From Fusobacteriota bacterium (GTDB lineage Bacteria > Fusobacteriota > Fusobacteriia > Fusobacteriales > JBNJFI01), in contig JBNJFI010000014.1 in NCBI GenBank assembly GCA_051746725.1, forward strand, positions 1 through 30,538: a stretch of 30,538 nucleotides of DNA. The letters run 5' to 3'. The notes under the pieces are model-generated. The model did not search any database. It was not told the origin of the DNA and saw only the letters and a program-made list of their open reading frames with translations. Numbering within the stretch: the stretch's first letter is position 1; the number at the start of each line of letters is the position of its first letter. A program made the translations under genes and the position numbers. Below are positions 7,612 to 16,620 of this stretch, piece by piece.

Positions 7612-8070
7612 TTATAGCTCCTCGAATTTATGAACCATTATTTCTAAAATATCCATTTTGCTTTTAGCGGATTTTATCTCTTTTCTAAATTTATTATTTC
7701 TAAATGCCTTTGATAATTTAGATAAAATATCCAAATATTCTTTATTTTTATTTTTGGGGGCTCCTATTAATAATATTATCTTAGCTTTTTCATCATCTGG
7801 AGTATTAAACTCTATCTCATCTTTTAGAACAGCAACTGCAAAAACCAATCCATCTAAATCTGAACATCTAGTATGAGGAACTACTATTCCCCTACCAATT
7901 CCTGTGGTTCCAATCTCTTCTCGTTCTAATATCTTTTTTTTGAACTTATTTTTATCCAAAAGAAGATTTGTTTTTTCATCTACTAAATTAATTAATTTTT
8001 CTAATATCTTATCTTTATTAGTCTGGTCTTTTTCAAAAATAATTAAATCTTTATTTAAATGTAATACCAT
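7612..8070 (-). CDS. Stand-alone PTS EIIA (fructose/mannitol/Ntr type)
   Basis: REEIGTTGIGRGIVVPHTR contains the phospho-accepting His. 152 aa; no EIIB or EIIC nearby. Confidence 0.9.
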   Translation of the reverse strand: MVLHLNKDLIIFEKDQTNKDKILEKLINLVDEKTNLLLDKNKFKKKILEREEIGTTGIGRGIVVPHTRCSDLDGLVFAVAVLKDEIEFNTPDDEKAKIILLIGAPKNKNKEYLDILSKLSKAFRNNKFRKEIKSAKSKMDILEIMVHKFEEL

Positions 8071-8108
8071 TTTTTCCTCCTGCTATTTTATAGCTATAGG
8101 TAATTATC

Positions 8109-10523
8109 TTATTTTTTATATTTTTCAATTTTAATAAAAGAATTATCTAAATCTAAATAAATATCTGCGATTATTCCCATTAATGCCTCATTAGTTTTTA
8201 TTTCAACAGGATTAGATGTTGATACTTTGACTCCGATATTACTTATCTCATTATATATATCTACAGTAGAATTATCGTTATTTTCGGAAACCTTAACTTT
8301 TAAAGCATCTCTACCATAATTAACTACAGAATAATAACCTGGCTGAAATTCTGAAAATACCCTTAGAGATTCCAGGTTTTCTTTTAATTCATCTTCTATT
8401 TTATAATCAACTTTTAGACCATTGTCCATAAGTGTTATAACTTTTATGTAATTATCTGCTTCGAATAAAATTGTTCTTTCATTAGGCATAGAGTAATCCA
8501 TTTCAACCTTAAATATATCGGTAACCTTATAATCAAATCCACTTTTCTCTTCATCATAAATGAACTTTTCGTTTAAAGCTTTTCGTCTTACATGGTATTT
8601 ATGATCTGTTAAATAATTTAACAATTCATCATCCCCATTTAAAAATCTAGTTCGATTTCCATATCCAATTTCTTGAATTGGATAATTTAAATCATAGTAT
8701 TTTTCTCCCAATTGATTCCCAATTTCTCCTCCTGTTATTTCTTTTCCTTCAGCCAAATCGTACCAAAAAAGTAATCTTCCTCCTCTTGCTTTAGAAAAAA
8801 CATAAAAGTCATCTTTATAAATAGCTATTACTTCCTTAATATTATCACTATTTATGTCTTTTATATATATTCCCTCTTTATTCTCTTTTATTGCATTAAT
8901 AGCTTCTTGTATAACTAAATTAAGTTTTTGATTTTCCCACATTCCAAATTTATCTCCGTTATTCCAATCCTCATCTGTTCCGCTAATTCCAGTACAACCG
9001 AATTCAAATTGATGTGCTAATAAATTTTCTTTAGCTAATTTATTAAGATTTTGAATTGCTTTATTTTCATTTTTATTGTTTTGTTCTATTAAACTAACGA
9101 ATTTTTCATGTTCTTTTCTATAATATGCTAACTTTGGAGAATTTTTATTGAAATCAAACCACGAAGTATATCCCTGTTCTGAATAAGGTCCTTTTCCTGA
9201 GGCTGCTTTGTCCATCCAAGTCGCTGCCCCATCCACGATTTTTGTAAGATTTTCAGGTTTTTTCTTTTCAAGTAATTCTGAGTAGTTTTTTAATTCAATC
9301 CATTTGGACTCTTCTAGTTTAGTTAATAAGAAATCTAAATTTTTAAAATCCCAATTATAATCTCTTTGGCTTTCAAAATCCCATAGACCAGTAGCTTCAG
9401 CGTCTTCAGCATAATTTAGAACAAAATTATCGTTCCTATCTTTGCTATAAATTTTTCTCATATATTTGAATAGTTTTTTATAATCCATATGTTCTTCTGA
9501 AAGATTTGGTCCTCTATCTTCCTTTAAAGATTCATTATCTCCTGCATCTACTGCTCTATTAAAATATTCTAAAAAATCATAATCATCATTTATAATCATT
9601 AATTCATTATCTGCAGTTGTTCTTAAAATATGTTCGGGATATTTTGTTTTGCTGTCTTTTATAATGTGATCTTCTACAAAAGTATATTTATATCCATTCT
9701 GAATTAAAAATTCTGCCATATCCTGACTCCAAGTTCTTTCGGGATTCCAAAATCCAACAGGTTCAACATCAAAAACTCTTTTTATTATCTCTCTATGTCT
9801 TTCTACTTGCCATTGATTAGATTTTTTATCAGTTGAATATAATAAATTTTGAGAATATGTACTTCCTAATATTTCAAATTGTCCATCTTCTAATCCTTCC
9901 TTTATCAGTTCAATAGTTTCCGGGTTATACCATAACAATCCCTGAATTAAAGTCCCTGATATGTGAAGGTTAAATTTTAAGTTAGGATGCTTTCTCAAAG
10001 TCTTTATTAATCCGTTATATGAAACCCTATCTGCAACATCTGCATAAGGATTTACAGCTTGATTTAAGTGAAATAATAACCCAAGTTCTAATTTTCTATT
10101 ATCAATCACTGTATCTTCAATTTCCAAAGTATCATAATATTTATTTGCTATAAATTCATATGCTCCAACTATAACAAAAATTATAAGACTTACCCAAAGT
10201 AATTTTTTGAAAGATTTATATGCTAATGTTTCATTTTTTTGTTTTTTTCTTCCTCTAATAGTTGAATCTCCGGCATCAGTTTCTATTTCTGTTTTTATAT
10301 TATAATTATTAAAATTTATAGAAGATTCAATTCTATCAACTTCTTCTAATATTTCAGGATCATCCGTTAACTTAGTTATCTCCTTTAAATATTCTAAAGC
10401 ATCATTATATTTTCTAACTTTTTGTTTTTCTTCTACTAATTTAAAATAAATATCAATTAAACTCTTTCCAGTATTTATACATCGATCATTTTCTATTTCT
10501 CCACCACATCTTGGACATTTCAT
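8109..10523 (-). CDS. Membrane-anchored glycoside hydrolase family 57-like protein with an N-terminal Zn-ribbon-like segment
   Basis: GH57 conserved regions HLNQ, GQFEILGSTY, WNPER (Glu262) and EDAE (Asp374), plus a C-terminal beta-rich domain. N-terminal CPRCG...C motif and one TM helix (LLWVSLIIFVIVGAYEFIA). Confidence 0.75.
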   Translation of the reverse strand: MKCPRCGGEIENDRCINTGKSLIDIYFKLVEEKQKVRKYNDALEYLKEITKLTDDPEILEEVDRIESSINFNNYNIKTEIETDAGDSTIRGRKKQKNETLAYKSFKKLLWVSLIIFVIVGAYEFIANKYYDTLEIEDTVIDNRKLELGLLFHLNQAVNPYADVADRVSYNGLIKTLRKHPNLKFNLHISGTLIQGLLWYNPETIELIKEGLEDGQFEILGSTYSQNLLYSTDKKSNQWQVERHREIIKRVFDVEPVGFWNPERTWSQDMAEFLIQNGYKYTFVEDHIIKDSKTKYPEHILRTTADNELMIINDDYDFLEYFNRAVDAGDNESLKEDRGPNLSEEHMDYKKLFKYMRKIYSKDRNDNFVLNYAEDAEATGLWDFESQRDYNWDFKNLDFLLTKLEESKWIELKNYSELLEKKKPENLTKIVDGAATWMDKAASGKGPYSEQGYTSWFDFNKNSPKLAYYRKEHEKFVSLIEQNNKNENKAIQNLNKLAKENLLAHQFEFGCTGISGTDEDWNNGDKFGMWENQKLNLVIQEAINAIKENKEGIYIKDINSDNIKEVIAIYKDDFYVFSKARGGRLLFWYDLAEGKEITGGEIGNQLGEKYYDLNYPIQEIGYGNRTRFLNGDDELLNYLTDHKYHVRRKALNEKFIYDEEKSGFDYKVTDIFKVEMDYSMPNERTILFEADNYIKVITLMDNGLKVDYKIEDELKENLESLRVFSEFQPGYYSVVNYGRDALKVKVSENNDNSTVDIYNEISNIGVKVSTSNPVEIKTNEALMGIIADIYLDLDNSFIKIEKYKK

Positions 10524-10556
10524 TGATTCCTCCCTATTTCATCTCATTCTCATTAA

Positions 10557-11543
10557 TTATTTTTGAATTTCAAATCTTATTCTCAAGACAAATATATTTT
10601 CTAATGGAATATCTGCCTTTCGAATTAATTCATAAATTTTGACATAATCTTTTTCTGTTATTAATATTATATCACATTTTGCCCTTTTTTGTCCAGTAAT
10701 CGCACTTTTAATATCCTCTTTTTTAAATTTGTAATGATCTGGGTAATCTATTCTATTAATAATACCAGGTTTAAATTTCCTTACAGTATCTTCAAAAGAT
10801 TTAGGATTTGAAATACCTGAAAGCAATAAAATATCTTTTCCTTTAATAAAATCTAATTCCCTTTCCTCTCCAGTAAAGCTAAATAATTTAGAGGGTTTAT
10901 GTATAGCTAACGATATATTTTTATTATAATGTTTTAAATATTTTGTTATATTAGATAATTTCTCTTTTGAAACCAGATCGCTTTTAGTTATAATAAACTC
11001 ATTTGCTCTTTCAAGGCCATCAATAGGCTCTCTTAGTCTACCTTTAGGTAATAATTTAAAATCTCCAAAGGGATCTAAAGCAGATATTAATACAATATTT
11101 TTATCTCTTTCTAATTTTTGATGTTGAAATCCGTCATCTAATATTATGGTATCTATATCAAATCTTTTTTGAGCTAACATAACAGCACTATATCTATCTC
11201 TTCCTACAATAACAGGAACAGATAAATTAGATGCATGCAAAAAAGGTTCATCTCCAACTTCGCTTACTTTACCTAAAATATTATTCCCATCTGATACTAT
11301 CATAGGATCCTTTTTTCTTTTTCCTTTATATCCTCTAGAAATTATAGCAACTTTTTTGCCTTCATCTATATATTTTTTTGCAAAATATTGAACAGCAGGA
11401 GTTTTCCCTGTCCCTCCTACTGTAATATTTCCTATACATATAATCTTTATATTTTTTATATTTTTAGTTTTTAATATACCTTTTTTGTAAAGTATATTTC
11501 GTAACCCTGTGATAAATTTATATATCCAAGATAAAATTAACAT
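10557..11543 (-). CDS. lpxK: Tetraacyldisaccharide 4'-kinase
   Basis: ICIGNITVGGTGKTP, ISRGYKG, GDEP, ILDDGFQH, LLPKGRLREP, YPDHY and TEKDYVK. Confidence 0.97.
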   Translation of the reverse strand: MLILSWIYKFITGLRNILYKKGILKTKNIKNIKIICIGNITVGGTGKTPAVQYFAKKYIDEGKKVAIISRGYKGKRKKDPMIVSDGNNILGKVSEVGDEPFLHASNLSVPVIVGRDRYSAVMLAQKRFDIDTIILDDGFQHQKLERDKNIVLISALDPFGDFKLLPKGRLREPIDGLERANEFIITKSDLVSKEKLSNITKYLKHYNKNISLAIHKPSKLFSFTGEERELDFIKGKDILLLSGISNPKSFEDTVRKFKPGIINRIDYPDHYKFKKEDIKSAITGQKRAKCDIILITEKDYVKIYELIRKADIPLENIFVLRIRFEIQK

Positions 11544-11570
11544 CTTTCCCCATTTCTATTAAATTATTAA

Positions 11571-14500
11571 TTAAATATCCACAGATATCATTTTTGATAC
11601 CCCTAAACTTTTTTGCATTGTAACACCATATAATTTATCAGCTTCTCTCATTGTTTCTTTGTTGTGAGTAATTAATATAAATTGAGATTCATTTGTAAAT
11701 TCCCTTAACATTCCCATTAATTTTTTTGTATTACTTTCATCTAAAGCAGCTTCAATCTCATCAAAAAAGGTAAAGGGACTTGGTTTATATTTGAAAATAG
11801 CCAAGATCAAAGCCACTGCAATCATAGATTTTTCCCCACCAGATAGCAAACTAAGAGATTGATATTTTTTATTTTTAAATTTAACAATTAATTCTAATCC
11901 ACTATTTAATAAATCGTTTTTATCTGTAAGTTTTATATCTCCCTTTGTATTATTTAAGACTTTTTTACACATAAGTTTAAAATTATTTTTTATTTCTTCG
12001 TACGCTCCCATGAACTTATCGATTATTTCTTCTTCAACTTTTTTGATTAGATCTTCTAAAGAATTTTTACTTTTTTGCAAGTCTTCTCTTTGACTTACAA
12101 AAAAATCATATTTCTCCTTCATCTCTTCATATTCCGATATAGCTAAAGAGTTTATTTCGCCTAAATTATTTAACCTACTAGTTAACTGATTAATTTTTTC
12201 TTTTAGTTGGGCAACGTCTTTTTCAGAAATATTTTTAGGGTTATTTTTAGAATTATTTTTAAGATTCTTTTGAATTTCGTTTCTAAGATTTTCTAATTCC
12301 CCTTTTTTGCTTTTTAATTCCATTTCCAATTTAGTTTTAATATTTTTTATTTTTGAAAGTTTATTTTCTTTCGAAATCATCTCTTTTTCTATTTCTTTTA
12401 TTTTTAGTATATATTCTTTTTCCTGCGATTCTAACTCCTTAATCTCAACTTGATATTTTCGGATATCTTTTTTTAGATTTTTCTCGTTTATTTGAGCTGC
12501 TTTCTTATCTTTTTCTAATTTATTTAATTTTTTTTCTAGATTTTTGATTTTTAACGATATATCTTTAATATTGTTTTTTATCTCTTTTATTTTAGTATTC
12601 TTATTAGTTAAATCAGCTTCTAATTCTTTTAATTTTGATTTTTGCGAGTTTAACTTTTCTCTTTTTTCTATTATTTTTATCTTCTCTTCTGAATATTCTT
12701 TTCGTTGTTTTTCTAAGTTGTTTTTTTGTTTTTCATAATTTTCTTTAATTTTTTTTATTTCGGTATCTAGATTTACGGATATCTGTTTTATTTTATCTAG
12801 TTCTTTTTTGGATTTTTCTATTTTTTCTAAACTTTCTTTATTTTGTTTGTTTTGTTCATTTTTTTCAAAAGAAATCACTTTTTTATCTTTAATGATCTTA
12901 TCCAATTTATAACTTATATTATTTAAATCAGATTTATATTCCTCTAATTCATTTACTAATTTATACAGAAAATTCTTTTTTGTTTGAAATAAATTTTGAT
13001 TTTCTTGGTAATTTTTTTCTAAAATTTTATATTTTTTTTCTAATTTTTCTTTTTTGATTTCAAAATCTTTTAGTTCTCTTTTAATTTTTCTTTTATCTCT
13101 TTTTCTATCAAAAATTACAGAGGTTTTATTTTTTGATTTTTGTCCACCTGTAATCTTTCCAGAACCATAGATAATATCACCATCTAAAGTAACTATATTT
13201 CCAGAATATAGATTCCCTTTTGAAACTTTCAAACCTATATCCATGTTTTCTACTACTAAAATTGATCCTAAAATATTATTAATAACTTTTTCATATTTTT
13301 GATCATAATTTACTAAATCAGCTGCAATTCCAATAACTCCAGGTTTATCAACAGGAGATTTTTTATATGATTTTACTGTATCTAATGGCAAAAAAGTAGC
13401 CCTTCCAGCTCTATTTTCTTTTAGAAATCGAACACACTTTTTAGCTACACTACTATTTTCTACAACAATATTTTGCATAGCATTTCCCACGATAGCTTGA
13501 ATCCCTGCTTCTACCTTTTTTGGAATATCAATAATAGACAAAAAAGGGCCAACTACTCCTTCAATGTTGGCTTTTAAAACTTTTTTAACTCCATAAAAAA
13601 ATCCATCATAGTTTTTAGAAAGTTTCTCTATATTTTCCAATTTCATTTCACGATTATTTATTTTTATTTTAAACTCGTTTAATCTAGTTTCTAATGAATT
13701 TTTTTGACTCTCTTGATTTTTAAGTTTTTCTTCTAAAGTAGCAATTATTTTCTTTTCCTCAGAAATATTTTTAGTCAAATTATTCTTTTGAGATTCTAAT
13801 CTTTGTTTTTCTCGTTTCATTTTATTTTCTTTTTCTAATATCTCTTTTAACTCATTATCTAATTCACTATTATCAGTTCTAGATCTTTTTTTTCTGTTTT
13901 TATAATCTTCGATTTTATTTTGCAATTTTGTCTTTTTTATTTCGTTATCAAAAATATCTTCTTTTTTATCTTGAATTTTTAAGTCTAATTCTTTTATTTT
14001 GTTTTCTTTTTCTTTTATTTTGTTTTCTTTTTCTTTTATAAAATCATTTTCATTATTTAAGTTTAAATTATTTTTTTCTAAATTCTCTTTTAATTTTTTC
14101 ATAACTTCTTTTAATGATTTTATTTCATTTTCCAATTCATTTAATTCGTCTTTTTTGCTCAATTTTTCTTTGTTATAATTATTTGCTCTTTCTGTAAATA
14201 AAGTTATTTGATTTATAATAGAATTTAATTTTTCTTGTGTTTTTTCTTTTTTTTCTTCTAGGTTTTCTTTATTATTAGTTAATTTTTTATTCTTATCTAA
14301 TTTTTCTTCTATTTTAGATTCGTATTTATTAAATTTATCTTTTAAAATTTCATCTTCTTTTTTGCATTTATTTTCTTTTTCTTTTATTTTATCAATTTCG
14401 ATTTTAAATTTATTTACTTGATAATCATAAAGAGCTTGTTTTAATTTTAATAATTCATTATTAATTTCATTATGTTTACGAGTCTTTTCAGCCTGCTTTT

Positions 14501-15116
14501 CCAAAGGTTTAAGATTTTTTTCTAACTCTTTTTCTAGATATAAAATCTTATCTAAATCGTCCTGATTAGCCTTTAATTTTTTCTGTATTTCTTCTTTTTC
14601 CATTTTGTTTTTTTTGACTTCTGCTGCTTCATCAATTATATTTCTGAGACTAGTTGAGTTAGACATTACTATTTCTTCAACTTGTCCCTGGCCTATTACT
14701 GAGTATGAACTCTTACCAATACCTGTATCTAAAAACAATTTTTTTATATCTTTCATTCTTACTATTTGATTATTGATTAAATATTCATTCTCTCCAGATG
14801 AATATATTTTCCTAGTTATTTTAAGATTAGTATACTCTATATCTAACTTTTTTGAACTGTTATCTATAAATAAAGATACTTGAGCCATACCCTTAGCCGA
14901 TTTTCCTTTTCCTCCTGAAAAAATAACATCTCGTCCCTTATTTGCTCTCAAGGTCTTGTAGCTTTGTTCGCCTAAAGCCCATAATATTGCATCTAAAATA
15001 TTACTCTTTCCACTTCCATTTGGGCCAACAATTGCTGTAATTCCTTGTTCAAAACTTAATCGAGTTTTTTCAGCAAAGGATTTAAATCCATTTATTTCTA
15101 TTGCTTTAAGTCGCAT
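11571..15116 (-). CDS. smc: Chromosome segregation protein SMC
   Basis: GFKSF, Walker A GPNGSGKSN, long coiled coils, hinge GRATFLPL, signature LSGGEKS and Walker B FDEIEAALD. Start at ATG 15116 behind GGAGG (15122-15126). Confidence 0.97.
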   Translation of the reverse strand: MRLKAIEINGFKSFAEKTRLSFEQGITAIVGPNGSGKSNILDAILWALGEQSYKTLRANKGRDVIFSGGKGKSAKGMAQVSLFIDNSSKKLDIEYTNLKITRKIYSSGENEYLINNQIVRMKDIKKLFLDTGIGKSSYSVIGQGQVEEIVMSNSTSLRNIIDEAAEVKKNKMEKEEIQKKLKANQDDLDKILYLEKELEKNLKPLEKQAEKTRKHNEINNELLKLKQALYDYQVNKFKIEIDKIKEKENKCKKEDEILKDKFNKYESKIEEKLDKNKKLTNNKENLEEKKEKTQEKLNSIINQITLFTERANNYNKEKLSKKDELNELENEIKSLKEVMKKLKENLEKNNLNLNNENDFIKEKENKIKEKENKIKELDLKIQDKKEDIFDNEIKKTKLQNKIEDYKNRKKRSRTDNSELDNELKEILEKENKMKREKQRLESQKNNLTKNISEEKKIIATLEEKLKNQESQKNSLETRLNEFKIKINNREMKLENIEKLSKNYDGFFYGVKKVLKANIEGVVGPFLSIIDIPKKVEAGIQAIVGNAMQNIVVENSSVAKKCVRFLKENRAGRATFLPLDTVKSYKKSPVDKPGVIGIAADLVNYDQKYEKVINNILGSILVVENMDIGLKVSKGNLYSGNIVTLDGDIIYGSGKITGGQKSKNKTSVIFDRKRDKRKIKRELKDFEIKKEKLEKKYKILEKNYQENQNLFQTKKNFLYKLVNELEEYKSDLNNISYKLDKIIKDKKVISFEKNEQNKQNKESLEKIEKSKKELDKIKQISVNLDTEIKKIKENYEKQKNNLEKQRKEYSEEKIKIIEKREKLNSQKSKLKELEADLTNKNTKIKEIKNNIKDISLKIKNLEKKLNKLEKDKKAAQINEKNLKKDIRKYQVEIKELESQEKEYILKIKEIEKEMISKENKLSKIKNIKTKLEMELKSKKGELENLRNEIQKNLKNNSKNNPKNISEKDVAQLKEKINQLTSRLNNLGEINSLAISEYEEMKEKYDFFVSQREDLQKSKNSLEDLIKKVEEEIIDKFMGAYEEIKNNFKLMCKKVLNNTKGDIKLTDKNDLLNSGLELIVKFKNKKYQSLSLLSGGEKSMIAVALILAIFKYKPSPFTFFDEIEAALDESNTKKLMGMLREFTNESQFILITHNKETMREADKLYGVTMQKSLGVSKMISVDI
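13990..14039. repeat. 21-bp exact tandem repeat (about 2.4 copies) within the smc coiled coil
   Basis: tcttttattttgttttctttt occurs twice plus a partial copy, encoding IKEKENK-IKEKENK-IKE. Confidence 0.8.
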
Positions 15117-15130
15117 TATTTCCTCCACTA

Positions 15131-16456
15131 TCAAAGAATATAATCATCTAAATTTTCTGGTTTTATCTTTGAATCTAATTTATCAATCACTTTTTGTTCT
15201 GTAATTTTTATTTTTTTACTTTCTTTAAAAGGTGCATCATACATGATATCCTTTAAAATTTCTTCCAAAACAGTTGCTAAACGTCTTGCTCCTATATTTT
15301 CAACTTTTTCATTCATTATCATGGCATAATCTGCCATTTTTTCTATTGCATCTTTTTCAAATTCAAGATAAACATTATCGATTTTCAACATCTCTTGATA
15401 TTGAGATAATAAATTATAGTTTATCTGCGTCAATATTTTTACAAAGTCATCCTTTGTAAGATTTTTCATCTTAACTCTAACTGGAAATCTTCCCTGTAAT
15501 TCAGGCATTAAATCAGAAGGACTTACTTTTGAAAATGCTCCTGCAGCTACAAATAAAATATGTTCTGTTTTTACCGCTCCATATTTTGTCATAATAGTAG
15601 TCCCTTCAACTATTGGCAATATATCTCTTTGAACACCCTGTCTAGAGACGTTTCCCTTTGAGCCATTTTCTCTTTCAGCTATTTTATCTATTTCATCTAT
15701 AAATACAATCCCATCCTCTTCAACTTTTTCAATAACCCTGGGAATCAACTCTTCTTTGTTCAAATTTTCTTCGACTCTTTCTTTCATTAAATATTCAAGG
15801 GCAGCTTTTACAGTTAATTCTTTTAATTGAGAAGCTTTCCCAGTAATACTTCCCATTATATCATCAATTGCCCCTTGGATGTTTATATTTCCCCCTGGAC
15901 CTGGTTGTGAACCATATACCTCTATTACAGAAGAATTAGGATTGCTTTTTACATCAATTTCTACTTTTTCATCATCTAATTTTCCCTCTTTTATATCCTT
16001 AATTATTAAATCCTTTTCATCATCATTTAGAGTATCATACGGTTTTAATAATTTTGCTATTTCTTCATAAATATCTTCTTTATAAACTTCTTCTAATCTA
16101 TTTATTTCTTCTTCTTTAATATTTCTGTACGTCATTCCTACTAAATCTTTAATCATAGATTCAACATCTTTACCTACATATCCTACCTCTGTATATTTAG
16201 TTGCCTCTACTTTGATAAATGGCGCATTCGCTATTTTAGCTAATCTCCTTGCAATTTCAGTCTTACCTACTCCTGTAGGTCCAACAAGAATAATGTTTTT
16301 AGGCATAATTTCATTTTTGAGCTTGTCATCTTTTATTTTTTTTCTTCTATATCTATTTCTTAAAGAAACTGCAACATCTCGTTTAGCATCTTCTTGAGAA
16401 ATAATATACTTATCTAATTCCTTAACAATATTTTTTGGTGTTAAAACTTTTTCCAT
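15131..16456 (-). CDS. hslU: ATP-dependent protease ATPase subunit HslU (ClpY)
   Basis: PKNIILVGPTGVGKTEIARRLA, KVEATKYTEVGYVG, FIDEIDKI, GVQRDILP, PELQGRFP and ENIGARRL. Confidence 0.97.
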   Translation of the reverse strand: MEKVLTPKNIVKELDKYIISQEDAKRDVAVSLRNRYRRKKIKDDKLKNEIMPKNIILVGPTGVGKTEIARRLAKIANAPFIKVEATKYTEVGYVGKDVESMIKDLVGMTYRNIKEEEINRLEEVYKEDIYEEIAKLLKPYDTLNDDEKDLIIKDIKEGKLDDEKVEIDVKSNPNSSVIEVYGSQPGPGGNINIQGAIDDIMGSITGKASQLKELTVKAALEYLMKERVEENLNKEELIPRVIEKVEEDGIVFIDEIDKIAERENGSKGNVSRQGVQRDILPIVEGTTIMTKYGAVKTEHILFVAAGAFSKVSPSDLMPELQGRFPVRVKMKNLTKDDFVKILTQINYNLLSQYQEMLKIDNVYLEFEKDAIEKMADYAMIMNEKVENIGARRLATVLEEILKDIMYDAPFKESKKIKITEQKVIDKLDSKIKPENLDDYIL

Positions 16457-16534
16457 ATTTTAAAATCCTCCTGAGAATAATTTTTATTTAGAAATCTATC
16501 GAAACTTTAATATTTTCCATGGTTCACTGTATAT

Positions 16535-16563
16535 ATTATATATTATTCTTTTTAAAATTACAA
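16535..16563 (-). promoter_or_regulatory. Sigma-70-type promoter for the hslU-smc-lpxK run
   Basis: Minus strand TTGTAA-N17-TATAAT in the divergent intergenic region. The AT-rich background lowers specificity. Confidence 0.55.
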
Positions 16564-16584
16564 CTTTTATTTTTAGTTTTTTTA

Positions 16585-16593
16585 TGGTATAAT
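16585..16593 (+). promoter_or_regulatory. Extended -10 promoter element for the diguanylate cyclase
   Basis: TGGTATAAT (TGnTATAAT) 27 bp upstream of ATG 16621, with RBS GAGGGGG at 16607-16613. Confidence 0.55.
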
Positions 16594-16620
16594 ATTATAT
16601 ACTGTAGAGGGGGAATTCAT

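Noticed and set aside
11571..15116. SMC-like defence system (Wadjet/Lamassu) or SbcC
   Set aside because: It is a canonical full-length SMC with a hinge domain in a housekeeping context, with no jetABD, effector or sbcD neighbours.
16519..16620. Upstream extension of the diguanylate cyclase ORF
   Set aside because: It overlaps the divergent promoter region; the RBS and extended -10 support ATG 16621.
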